In this document: in pieces, positions 25,147 through 38,600 of the stretch
Numbering within the stretch: position 1 is the stretch's first letter
How the letters are laid out: each line of letters begins with the position of its first letter
From: the human T2T-CHM13v2.0 reference genome, Homo sapiens
Assembly (NCBI RefSeq): GCF_009914755.1
Contig: NC_060931.1
DNA: 64,000 bases
Reading direction: 5' to 3' (one strand)
Program-made: the position numbers and the translations under genes
The notes under the pieces: model-generated
What the model was told of the DNA's origin: nothing
The model's database searches: none
The model's input: the letters and a program-made list of their open reading frames with translations, nothing else

Positions 25147-28100
25147 CTTTGTGATGTGTGCCTTCAACTCACAGAGTTTAACCTTTCTTTTCTTAGAGCA
25201 GTTTAGAAACACTCTGCTTGTTACGTCTGCAAGTGGATATTTGGACCTCTTTGAGGCCTTCGTTGCAAACGGGGTTTCTTCCTTTCATGCTAGACTAAGA
25301 AGAGTTCTCAGTAACTTTTTTGTGTTGTGTGTATTCAACTCACAGAGTTGAACCTTGCTTTAGAGAGAGCAGATTTGAAACACTCTTGCTGTGGCATTTT
25401 CAGGTGGAGATTTCAAGCGATTTGAGGACAATTGCAGAAAAGGAAATATCTTCGTATAATAACCAGACAGAATCATTCTCAGAAAGTGCTTTGTGATGTG
25501 TGCGTTCAACTCACAGAGTTTAACCTTTCTTTTCATAGAGGAGTTTGGAAACACACTGTTTGTAAAGACTGCAAGTGGATATATGGACCTGTTTGAGGCC
25601 TTCGTTGGAAACGGGATTTCTTCATTGAATGCTAGACGGAAGAATTCTCAGTAAATTCTTTGTGTTGTGTGCATTCAACTCACAGAGTGGAACGTCCCTT
25701 TAGACAGAGCAGATTTGAAACACTCTTTTTGCGGAATTTGCAAGTGGAGATTTCTAGCCATTTGATGCCAACAGTAGAAAGGGAAATATCTTCAAATAAA
25801 AACCAGACAGAATCATTCTCAGAAAATTCTTTGTGATGTGTGCGTTCAACTCACATAGTTTAACCTTTCTTTTCATAGAGCAGTTTGGAAACACTCTGTT
25901 TGTAAAGTCTGCAAGTGGATATATGGACCGCATTGAGGCCTTCGTTGGAAACGGGATTTCTTCATTTCATGCTAGACAGAAGAATTCTCAGTAACTTCTT
26001 TGTGCTGTGTGTATTCAACTCACAGAGTGGAACGTCCCTTTGCACAGAGCAGATTTGAAACACTCTTTTTGTGGAGTTTGCAAGTGGAGATTTCAAGCGA
26101 TTTGATGCCAACAGTAGAAAAGGAAATATCTTCAAATAAAAACTAGACAGAATCATTCTCAGAAACTACTTTGTGATGTGTGCCTTCAACTCACAGAGTT
26201 CAACCTTTCTTTTCTTAGAGCAGTTTAGAAACACTCTGCTTGTTATGTCTGCAAGTGGATATTTGGACCTCTTTGAGGCCTTCGTTGCAAACGGGGTTTC
26301 TTCCTTTCATGCTAGACTAAGAAGAGTTCTCAGTAACTTTTTTGTGTTGTGTGTATTCAACTCACAGAGTTGAACCTTGCTTTAGAGAGAGCAGATTTGA
26401 AACACTCTTGCTGTGGCATTTTCAGGTGGAGATTTCAAGCGATTTGAGGACAATTGCAGAAAAGGAAATATCTTCGTATAATAACCAGACAGAATCATTC
26501 TCAGAAAGTGCTTTGTGATGTGTGCGTTCAACTCACAGAGTTTAACCTTTCTTTTCATAGAGGAGTTTGGAAACACACTGTTTGTAAAGTCTGCAAGTGG
26601 ATACATGGACCTGTTTGAGGCCTTCGTTGGAAACGGGATTTCTTCATTGAATGCTAGACGGAAGAATTCTCAGTAAATTCTTTGTGTTGTGTGCATTCAA
26701 CTCACAGAGTGGAACGTCCCTTTAGACAGAGCAGATTTGAAACACTCTTTTTGCGGAATTTGCAAGTGGAGATTTCTAGCCATTTGATGCCAACAGTAGA
26801 AAGGGAAATATCTTCAAATAAAAACCAGACAGAATCATTCTCAGAAAATTCTTTGTGATGTGGGCGTTCAACTCACATAGTTTAACCTTTCTTTTCATAG
26901 AGCAGTTTGGAAACACTCTGTTTGTAAAGTCTGCAAGTGGATATATGGACCGCATTGAGGCCTTCGTTGGAAACGGGATTTCTTCATTTCATGCTAGACA
27001 GAAGAATTCTCAGTAACTTCTTTGTGCTGTGTGTATTCAACTCACAGAGTGGAACGTCCCTTTGCACAGAGCAGATTTGAAACACTCTTTTTGTGGAGTT
27101 TGCAAGTGGAGATTTCAAGCGATTTGATGCCAACAGTAGAAAAGGAAATATCTTCAAATAAAAACTAGACAGAATCATTCTCAGAAACTACTTTGTGATG
27201 TGTGCCTTCAACTCACAGAGTTTAACCTTTCTTTTCTTAGAGCAGTTTAGAAACACTCTGCTTGTTATGTCTGCAAGTGGATATTTGGACCTCTTTGAGG
27301 CCTTCGTTGCAAACGGGGTTTCTTCCTTTCATGCTAGACTAAGAAGAGTTCTCAGTAACTTTTTTGTGTTGTGTGTATTCAACTCACAGAGTTGAACCTT
27401 GCTTTAGAGAGAGCAGATTTGAAACACTCTTGCTGTGGCATTTTCAGGTGGAGATTTCAAGCGATTTGAGGACAATTGCAGAAAAGGAAATATCTTCGTA
27501 TAATAACCAGACAGAATCATTCTCAGAAAGTGCTTTGTGATGTGTGCGTTCAACTCACAGAGTTTAACCTTTCTTTTCATAGAGGGGTTTGGAAACACAC
27601 TGTTTGTAAAGTCTGCAAGTGGATATATGGACCTGTTTGAGGCCTTCGTTGGAAACGGGATTTCTTCATTGAATGCTAGACGGAAGAATTCTCAGTAAAT
27701 TCTTTGTGTTGTGTGCATTCAACTCACAGAGTGGAACGTCCCTTTAGACAGAGCAGATTTGAAACACTCTTTTTGCGGAATTTGCAAGTGGAGATTTCTA
27801 GCCATTTGATGCCAACAGTAGAAAGGGAAATATCTTCAAATAAAAACCAGACAGAATCATTCTCAGAAAATTCTTTGTGATGTGTGCGTTCAACTCACAT
27901 AGTTTAACCTTTCTTTTCATAGAGCAGTTTGGAAACACTCTGTTTGTAAAGTCTGCAAGTGGATATATGGACCGCATTGAGGCCTTCGTTGGAAACGGGA
28001 TTTCTTCATTTCATGCTAGACAGAAGAATTCTCAGTAACTTCTTTGTGCTGTGTGTATTCAACTCACAGAGTGGAACGTCCCTTTGCACAGAGCAGATTT

Positions 28101-30256
28101 GAAACACTCTTTTTGTGGAGTTTGCAAGTGGAGATTTCAAGCGATTTGATGCCAACAGTAGAAAAGGAAATATCTTCAAATAAAAACTAGACAGAATCAT
28201 TCTCAGAAACTACTTTGTGATGTGTGCCTTCAACTCACAGAGTTCAACCTTTCTTTTCTTAGAGCAGTTTAGAAACACTCTGCTTGTTATGTCTGCAAGT
28301 GGATATTTGGACCTCTTTGAGGCCTTCGTTGCAAACGGGGTTTCTTCCTTTCATGCTAGACTAAGAAGAGTTCTCAGTAACTTTTTTGTGTTGTGTGTAT
28401 TCAACTCACAGAGTTGAACCTTGCTTTAGAGAGAGCAGATTTGAAACACTCTTGCTGTGGCATTTTCAGGTGGAGATTTCAAGCGATTTGAGGACAATTG
28501 CAGAAAAGGAAATATCTTCGTATAATAACCAGACAGAATCATTCTCAGAAAGTGCTTTGTGATGTGTGCGTTCAACTCACAGAGTTTAACCTTTCTTTTC
28601 ATAGAGGAGTTTGGAAACACACTGTTTGTAAAGTCTGCAAGTGGATACATGGACCTGTTTGAGGCCTTCGTTGGAAACGGGATTTCTTCATTGAATGCTA
28701 GACGGAAGAATTCTCAGTAAATTCTTTGTGTTGTGTGCATTCAACTCACAGAGTGGAACGTCCCTTTAGACAGAGCAGATTTGAAACACTCTTTTTGCGG
28801 AATTTGCAAGTGGAGATTTCTAGCCATTTGATGCCAACAGTAGAAAGGGAAATATCTTCAAATAAAAACCAGACAGAATCATTCTCAGAAAATTCTTTGT
28901 GATGTGTGCGTTCAACTCACATAGTTTAACCTTTCTTTTCATAGAGCAGTTTGGAAACACTCTGTTTGTAAAGTCTGCAAGTGGATATATGGACCGCATT
29001 GAGGCCTTCGTTGGAAACGGGATTTCTTCATTTCATGCTAGACAGAAGAATTCTCAGTAACTTCTTTGTGCTGTGTGTATTCAACTCACAGAGTGGAACG
29101 TCCCTTTGCACAGAGCAGATTTGAAACACTCTTTTTGTGGAGTTTGCAAGTGGAGATTTCAAGCGATTTGATGCCAACAGTAGAAAAGGAAATATCTTCA
29201 AATAAAAACTAGACAGAATCATTCTCAGAAACTACTTTGTGATGTGTGCCTTCAACTCACAGAGTTCAACCTTTCTTTTCTTAGAGCAGTTTAGAAACAC
29301 TCTGCTTGTTATGTCTGCAAGTGGATATTTGGACCTCTTTGAGGCCTTCGTTGCAAACGGGGTTTCTTCCTTTCATGCTAGACTAAGAAGAGTTCTCAGT
29401 AACTTTTTTGTGTTGTGTGTATTCAACTCACAGAGTTGAACCTTGCTTTAGAGAGAGCAGATTTGAAACACTCTTGCTGTGGCATTTTCAGGTGGAGATT
29501 TCAAGCGATTTGAGGACAATTGCAGAAAAGGAAATATCTTCGTATAATAGCCAGACAGAATCATTCTCAGAAAGTGCTTTGTGATGTGTGCGTTCAACTC
29601 ACAGAGTTTAACCTTTCTTTTCATAGAGGAGTTTGGAAACACACTGTTTGTAAAGTCTGCAAGTGGATACATGGACCTGTTTGAGGCCTTCGTTGGAAAC
29701 GGGATTTCTTCATTGAATGCTAGACGGAAGAATTCTCAGTAAATTCTTTGTGTTGTGTGCATTCAACTCACAGAGTGGAACGTCCCTTTAGACAGAGCAG
29801 ATTTGAAACACTCTTTTTGCGGAATTTGCAAGTGGAGATTTCTAGCCATTTGATGCCAACAGTAGAAAGGGAAATATCTTCAAATAAAAACCAGACAGAA
29901 TCATTCTCAGAAAATTCTTTGTGATGTGTGCGTTCAACTCACATAGTTTAACCTTTCTTTTCATAGAGCAGTTTGGAAACACTCTGTTTGTAAAGTCTGC
30001 AAGTGGATATATGGACCGCATTGAGGCCTTCGTTGGAAACGGGATTTCTTCATTTCATGCTAGACAGAAGAATTCTCAGTAACTTCTTTGTGCCGTGTGT
30101 ATTCAACTCACAGAGTGGAACGTCCCTTTGCACAGAGCAGATTTGAAACACTCTTTTTGTGGAGTTTGCAAGTGGAGATTTCAAGCGATTTGATGCCAAC
30201 AGTAGAAAAGGAAATATCTTCAAATAAAAACTAGACAGAATCATTCTCAGAAACTA

Positions 30257-30938
30257 CTTTGTGATGTGTGCCTTCAACTCACAGAGTTCAACCTTTCTTT
30301 TCTTAGAGCAGTTTAGAAACACTCTGCTTGTTATGTCTGCAAGTGGATATTTGGACCTCTTTGAGGCCTTCGTTGCAAACGGGGTTTCTTCCTTTCATGC
30401 TAGACTAAGAAGAGTTCTCAGTAACTTTTTTGTGTTGTGTGTATTCAACTCACAGAGTTGAACCTTGCTTTAGAGAGAGCAGATTTGAAACACTCTTGCT
30501 GTGGCATTTTCAGGTGGAGATTTCAAGCGATTTGAGGACAATTGCAGAAAAGGAAATATCTTCGTATAATAACCAGACAGAATCATTCTCAGAAAGTGCT
30601 TTGTGATGTGTGCGTTCAACTCACAGAGTTTAACCTTTCTTTTCATAGAGGAGTTTGGAAACACACTGTTTGTAAAGTCTGCAAGTGGATACATGGACCT
30701 GTTTGAGGCCTTCGTTGGAAACGGGATTTCTTCATTGAATGCTAGACGGAAGAATTCTCAGTAAATTCTTTGTGTTGTGTGCATTCAACTCACAGAGTGG
30801 AACGTCCCTTTAGACAGAGCAGATTTGAAACACTCTTTTTGCGGAATTTGCAAGTGGAGATTTCTAGCCATTTGATGCCAACAGTAGAAAGGGAAATATC
30901 TTCAAATAAAAACTAGACAGAATCATTCTCAGAAAATT
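30257..30938 (+). repeat. 4-mer (682-bp) HOR structural variant
   Basis: Period 682 (30261 to 30943); same hybrid junction at 30939-30953. Confidence 0.95.
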
Positions 30939-31960
30939 CTTTGTGATGTGTGCCTTCAACTCACAGAGTTTAACCTTTCTTTTCTTAGAGCAGTTTAGAA
31001 ACACTCTGCTTGTTATGTCTGCAAGTGGATATTTGGTCCTCTTTGAGGCCTTCGTTGCAAACGGGGTTTCTTCCTTTCATGCTAGACTAAGAAGAGTTCT
31101 CAGTAACTTTTTTGTGTTGTGTGTATTCAACTCACAGAGTTGAACCTTGCTTTAGAGAGAGCAGATTTGAAACACTCTTGCTGTGGCATTTTCAGGTGGA
31201 GATTTCAAGCGATTTGAGGACAATTGCAGAAAAGGAAATATCTTCGTATAATAACCAGACAGAATCATTCTCAGAAAGTGCTTTGTGATGTGTGCGTTCA
31301 ACTCACAGAGTTTAACCTTTCTTTTCATAGAGGAGTTTGGAAACACACTGTTTGTAAAGACTGCAAGTGGATATATGGACCTGTTTGAGGCCTTCGTTGG
31401 AAACGGGATTTCTTCATTGAATGCTAGACGAAAGAATTCTCAGTAAATTCTTTGTGTTGTGTGCATTCAACTCACAGAGTGGAACGTCCCTTTAGACACA
31501 GCAGATTTGAAACACTCTTTTTGCGGAATTTGCAAGTGGAGATTTCTAGCCATTTGATGCCAACAGTAGAAAGGGAAATATCTTCAAATAAAAACCAGAC
31601 AGAATCATTCTCAGAAAATTCTTTGTGATGTGTGCGTTCAACTCACATAGTTTAACCTTTCTTTTCATAGAGCAGTTTGGAAACACTCTGTTTGTAAAGT
31701 CTGCAAGTGGATATATGGACCGCATTGAGGCCTTCGTTGGAAACGGGATTTCTTCATTTCATGCTAGACAGAAGAATTCTCAGTAACTTCTTTGTGCTGT
31801 GTGTATTCAACTCACAGAGTGGAACGTCCCTTTGCACAGAGCAGATTTGAAACACTCTTTTTGTGGAGTTTGCAAGTGGAGATTTCAAGCGATTTGATGC
31901 CAACAGTAGAAAAGGAAATATCTTCAAATAAAAACTAGACAGAATCATTCTCAGAAACTA

Positions 31961-32642
31961 CTTTGTGATGTGTGCCTTCAACTCACAGAGTTCAACCTTT
32001 CTTTTCTTAGAGCAGTTTAGAAACACTCTGCTTGTTATGTCTGCAAGTGGATATTTGGACCTCTTTGAGGCCTTCGTTGCAAACGGGGTTTCTTCCTTTC
32101 ATGCTAGACTAAGAAGAGTTCTCAGTAACTTTTTTGTGTTGTGTGTATTCAACTCACAGAGTTGAACCTTGCTTTAGAGAGAGCAGATTTGAAACACTCT
32201 TGCTGTGGCATTTTCAGGTGGAGATTTCAAGCGATTTGAGGACAATTGCAGAAAAGGAAATATCTTCGTATAATAACCAGACAGAATCATTCTCAGAAAG
32301 TGCTTTGTGATGTGTGCGTTCAACTCACAGAGTTTAACCTTTCTTTTCATAGAGGAGTTTGGAAACACACTGTTTGTAAAGTCTGCAAGTGGATACATGG
32401 ACCTGTTTGAGGCCTTCGTTGGAAACGGGATTTCTTCATTGAATGCTAGACGGAAGAATTCTCAGTAAATTCTTTGTGTTGTGTGCATTCAACTCACAGA
32501 GTGGAACGTCCCTTTAGACACAGCAGATTTGAAACACTCTTTTTTCGGAATTTGCAAGTGGAGATTTCTAGCCATTTGATGCCAACAGTAGAAAGGGAAA
32601 TATCTTCAAATAAAAACTAGACAGAATCATTCTCAGAAAATT
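31961..32642 (+). repeat. 4-mer (682-bp) HOR structural variant
   Basis: Period 682 (31965 to 32647); same hybrid junction at 32643-32657. Confidence 0.95.
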
Positions 32643-35600
32643 CTTTGTGATGTGTGCCTTCAACTCACAGAGTTTAACCTTTCTTTTCTTAGAGCAGTTT
32701 AGAAACACTCTGCTTGTTATGTCTGCAAGTGGATATTTGGACCTCTTTGAGGCCTTCGTTGCAAACGGGGTTTCTTCCTTTCATGCTAGACTAAGAAGAG
32801 TTCTCAGTAACTTTTTTGTGTTGTGTGTATTCAACTCACAGAGTTGAACCTTGCTTTAGAGAGAGCAGATTTGAAACACTCTTGCTGTGGCATTTTCAGG
32901 TGGAGATTTCAAGCGATTTGAGGACAATTGCAGAAAAGGAAATATCTTCGTATAATAACCAGACAGAATCATTCTCAGAAAGTGCTTTGTGATGTGTGCG
33001 TTCAACTCACAGAGTTTAACCTTTCTTTTCATAGAGGAGTTTGGAAACACACTGTTTGTAAAGACTGCAAGTGGATATATGGACCTGTTTGAGGCCTTCG
33101 TTGGAAACGGGATTTCTTCATTGAATGCTAGACGGAAGAATTCTCAGTAAATTCTTTGTGTTGTGTGCATTCAACTCACAGAGTGGAACGTCCCTTTAGA
33201 CAGAGCAGATTTGAAACACTCTTTTTGCGGAATTTGCAAGTGGAGATTTCTAGCCATTTGATGCCAACAGTAGAAAGGGAAATATCTTCAAATAAAAACC
33301 AGACAGAATCATTCTCAGAAAATTCTTTGTGATGTGTGCGTTCAACTCACATAGTTTAACCTTTCTTTTCATAGAGCAGTTTGGAAACACTCTGTTTGTA
33401 AAGTCTGCAAGTGGATATATGGACCGCATTGAGGCCTTCGTTGGAAACGGGATTTCTTCATTTCATGCTAGACAGAAGAATTCTCAGTAACTTCTTTGTG
33501 CCGTGTGTATTCAACTCACAGAGTGGAACGTCCCTTTGCACAGAGCAGATTTGAAACACTCTTTTTGTGGAGTTTGCAAGTGGAGATTTCAAGCGATTTG
33601 ATGCCAACAGTAGAAAAGGAAATATCTTCAAATAAAAACTAGACAGAATCATTCTCAGAAACTACTTTGTGATGTGTGCCTTCAACTCACAGAGTTTAAC
33701 CTTTCTTTTCTTAGAGCAGTTTAGAAACACTCTGCTTGTTATGTCTGCAAGTGGATATTTGGACCTCTTTGAGGCCTTCGTTGCAAACGGGGTTTCTTCC
33801 TTTCATGCTAGACTAAGAAGAGTTCTCAGTAACTTTTTTGTGTTGTGTGTATTCAACTCACAGAGTTGAACCTTGCTTTAGAGAGAGCAGATTTGAAACA
33901 CTCTTGCTGTGGCATTTTCAGGTGGAGATTTCAAGCGATTTGAGGACAATTGCAGAAAAGGAAATATCTTCGTATAATAACCAGACAGAATCATTCTCAG
34001 AAAGTGCTTTGTGATGTGTGCGTTCAACTCACAGAGTTTAACCTTTCTTTTCATAGAGGAGTTTGGAAACACACTGTTTGTAAAGTCTGCAAGTGGATAT
34101 ATGGACCTGTTTGAGGCCTTCGTTGGAAACGGGATTTCTTCATTGAATGCTAGACGGAAGAATTCTCAGTAAATTCTTTGTGTTGTGTGCATTCAACTCA
34201 CAGAGTGGAACGTCCCTTTAGACAGAGCAGATTTGAAATACTCTTTTTGCGGAATTTGCAAGTGGAGATTTCTAGCCATTTGATGCCAACAGTAGAAAGG
34301 GAAATATCTTCAAATAAAAACCAGACAGAATCATTCTCAGAAAATTCTTTGTGATGTGTGCGTTCAACTCACATAGTTTAACCTTTCTTTTCATAGAGCA
34401 GTTTGGAAACACTCTGTTTGTAAAGTCTGCAAGTGGATATATGGACCGCATTGAGGCCTTCGTTGGAAACGGGATTTCTTCATTTCATGCTAGACAGAAG
34501 AATTCTCAGTAACTTCTTTGTGCCGTGTGTATTCAACTCACAGAGTGGAACGTCCCTTTGCACAGAGCAGATTTGAAACACTCTTTTTGTGGAGTTTGCA
34601 AGTGGAGATTTCAAGCGATTTGATGCCAACAGTAGAAAAGGAAATATCTTCAAATAAAAACTAGACAGAATCATTCTCAGAAACTACTTTGTGATGTGTG
34701 CCTTCAACTCACAGAGTTTAACCTTTCTTTTCTTAGAGCAGTTTAGAAACACTCTGCTTGTTATGTCTGCAAGTGGATATTTGGACCTCTTTGAGGCCTT
34801 CGTTGCAAACGGGGTTTCTTCCTTTCATGCTAGACTAAGAAGAGTTCTCAGTAACTTTTTTGTGTTGTGTGTATTCAACTCACAGAGTTGAACCTTGCTT
34901 TAGAGAGAGCAGATTTGAAACACTCTTGCTGTGGCATTTTCAGGTGGAGATTTCAAGCGATTTGAGGACAATTGCAGAAAAGGAAATATCTTCGTATAAT
35001 AACCAGACAGAATCATTCTCAGAAAGTGCTTTGTGATGTGTGCGTTCAACTCACAGAGTTTAACCTTTCTTTTCATAGAGGAGTTTGGAAACACACTGTT
35101 TGTAAAGTCTGCAAGTGGATACATGGACCTGTTTGAGGCCTTCGTTGGAAACGGGATTTCTTCATTGAATGCTAGACGGAAGAATTCTCAGTAAATTCTT
35201 TGTGTTGTGTGCATTCAACTCACAGAGTGGAACGTCCCTTTAGACAGAGCAGATTTGAAACACTCTTTTTGCGGAATTTGCAAGTGGAGATTTCTAGCCA
35301 TTTGATGCCAACAGTAGAAAGGGAAATATCTTCAAATAAAAACCAGACAGAATCATTCTCAGAAAATTCTTTGTGATGTGTGCGTTCAACTCACATAGTT
35401 TAACCTTTCTTTTCATAGAGCAGTTTGGAAACACTCTGTTTGTAAAGTCTGCAAGTGGATATATGGACCGCATTGAGGCCTTCGTTGGAAACGGGATTTC
35501 TTCATTTCATGCTAGACAGAAGAATTCTCAGTAACTTCTTTGTGCTGTGTGTATTCAACTCACAGAGTGGAACGTCCCTTTGCACAGAGCAGATTTGAAA

Positions 35601-38600
35601 CACTCTTTTTGTGGAGTTTGCAAGTGGAGATTTCAAGCGATTTGATGCCAACAGTAGAAAAGGAAATATCTTCAAATAAAAACTAGACAGAATCATTCTC
35701 AGAAACTACTTTGTGATGTGTGCCTTCAACTCACAGAGTTTAACCTTTCTTTTCTTAGAGCAGTTTAGAAACACTCTGCTTGTTATGTCTGCAAGTGGAT
35801 ATTTGGACCTCTTTGAGGCCTTCGTTGCAAACGGGGTTTCTTCCTTTCATGCTAGACTAAGAAGAGTTCTCAGTAACTTTTTTGTGTTGTGTGTATTCAA
35901 CTCACAGAGTTGAACCTTGCTTTAGAGAGAGCAGATTTGAAACACTCTTGCTGTGGCATTTTCAGGTGGAGATTTCAAGCGATTTGAGGACAATTGCAGA
36001 AAAGGAAATATCTTCGTATAATAACCAGACAGAATCATTCTCAGAAAGTGCTTTGTGATGTGTGCGTTCAACTCACAGAGTTTAACCTTTCTTTTCATAG
36101 AGGAGTTTGGAAACACACTGTTTGTAAAGTCTGCAAGTGGATATATGGACCTGTTTGAGGCCTTCGTTGGAAACGGGATTTCTTCATTGAATGCTAGACG
36201 GAAGAATTCTCAGTAAATTCTTTGTGTTGTGTGCATTCAACTCACAGAGTGGAACGTCCCTTTAGACAGAGCAGATTTGGAACACTCTTTTTGCGGAATT
36301 TGCAAGTGGAGATTTCTAGCCATTTGATGCCAACAGTAGAAAGGGAAATATCTTCAAATAAAAACCAGACAGAATCATTCTCAGAAAATTCTTTGTGATG
36401 TGTGCGTTCAACTCACATAGTTTAACCTTTCTTTTCATAGAGCAGTTTGGAAACACTCTGTTTGTAAAGTCTGCAAGTGGATATATGGACCGCATTGAGG
36501 CCTTCGTTGGAAACGGGATTTCTTCATTTCATGCTAGACAGAAGAATTCTCAGTAACTTCTTTGTGCTGTGTGTATTCAACTCACAGAGTGGAACGTCCC
36601 TTTGCACAGAGCAGATTTGAAACACTCTTTTTGTGGAGTTTGCAAGTGGAGATTTCAAGCGATTTGATGCCAACAGTAGAAAAGGAAATATCTTCAAATA
36701 AAAACTAGACAGAATCATTCTCAGAAACTACTTTGTGATGTGTGCCTTCAACTCACAGAGTTCAACCTTTCTTTTCTTAGAGCAGTTTAGAAACACTCTG
36801 CTTGTTATGTCTGCAAGTGGATATTTGGACCTCTTTGAGGCCTTCGTTGCAAACGGGGTTTCTTCCTTTCATGCTAGACTAAGAAGAGTTCTCAGTAACT
36901 TTTTTGTGTTGTGTGTATTCAACTCACAGAGTTGAACCTTGCTTTAGAGAGAGCAGATTTGAAACACTCTTGCTGTGGCATTTTCAGGTGGAGATTTCAA
37001 GCGATTTGAGGACAATTGCAGAAAAGGAAATATCTTCGTATAATAACCAGACAGAATCATTCTCAGAAAGTGCTTTGTGATGTGTGCGTTCAACTCACAG
37101 AGTTTAACCTTTCTTTTCATAGAGGAGTTTGGAAACACACTGTTTGTAAAGTCTGCAAGTGGATACATGGACCTGTTTGAGGCCTTCGTTGGAAACGGGA
37201 TTTCTTCATTGAATGCTAGACGGAAGAATTCTCAGTAAATTCTTTGTGTTGTGTGCATTCAACTCACAGAGTGGAACGTCCCTTTAGACAGAGCAGATTT
37301 GAAACACTCTTTTTGCGGAATTTGCAAGTGGAGATTTCTAGCCATTTGATGCCAACAGTAGAAAGGGAAATATCTTCAAATAAAAACCAGACAGAATCAT
37401 TCTCAGAAAATTCTTTGTGATGTGTGCGTTCAACTCACATAGTTTAACCTTTCTTTTCATAGAGCAGTTTGGAAACACTCTGTTTGTAAAGTCTGCAAGT
37501 GGATATATGGACCGCATTGAGGCCTTCGTTGGAAACGGGATTTCTTCATTTCATGCTAGACAGAAGAATTCTCAGTAACTTCTTTGTGCTGTGTGTATTC
37601 AACTCACAGAGTGGAACGTCCCTTTGCACAGAGCAGATTTGAAACACTCTTTTTGTGGAGTTTGCAAGTGGAGATTTCAAGCGATTTGATGCCAACAGTA
37701 GAAAAGGAAATATCTTCAAATAAAAACTAGACAGAATCATTCTCAGAAACTACTTTGTGATGTGTGCCTTCAACTCACAGAGTTTAACCTTTCTTTTCTT
37801 AGAGCAGTTTAGAAACACTCTGCTTGTTATGTCTGCAAGTGGATATTTGGACCTCTTTGAGGCCTTCGTTGCAAACGGGTTTTCTTCCTTTCATGCTAGA
37901 CTAAGAAGAGTTCTCAGTAACTTTTTTGTGTTGTGTGTATTCAACTCACAGAGTTGAACCTTGCTTTAGAGAGAGCAGATTTGAAACACTCTTGCTGTGG
38001 CATTTTCAGCTGGAGATTTCAAGCGATTTGAGGACAATTGCAGAAAAGGAAATATCTTCGTATAATAACCAGACAGAATCATTCTCAGAAAGTGCTTTGT
38101 GATGTGTGCGTTCAACTCACAGAGTTTAACCTTTCTTTTCATAGAGGAGTTTGGAAACACACTGTTTGTAAAGTCTGCAAGTGGATACATGGACCTGTTT
38201 GAGGCCTTCGTTGGAAACGGGATTTCTTCATTGAATGCTAGACGGAAGAATTCTCAGTAAATTCTTTGTGTTGTGTGCATTCAACTCACAGAGTGGAACG
38301 TCCCTTTAGACAGAGCAGATTTGAAACACTCTTTTTGCGGAATTTGCAAGTGGAGATTTCTAGCCATTTGATGCCAACAGTAGAAAGGGAAATATCTTCA
38401 AATAAAAACCAGACAGAATCATTCTCAGAAAATTCTTTGTGATGTGTGCGTTCAACTCACATAGTTTAACCTTTCTTTTCATAGAGCAGTTTGGAAACAC
38501 TCTGTTTGTAAAGTCTGCAAGTGGATATATGGACCGCATTGAGGCCTTCGTTGGAAACGGGATTTCTTCATTTCATGCTAGACAGAAGAATTCTCAGTAA

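Larger units (their letters stand above)
13236..27222 (+). repeat. Tandem duplication with a 6814-bp unit (six 6-mers plus one 4-mer)
   Basis: Rare variants recur at exactly +6814: 4-mer junction 18333/25147, tacg 18410/25224, aagac 18754/25568, gtggg 20049/26863. The order of HOR haplotypes is also identical. Confidence 0.9.
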
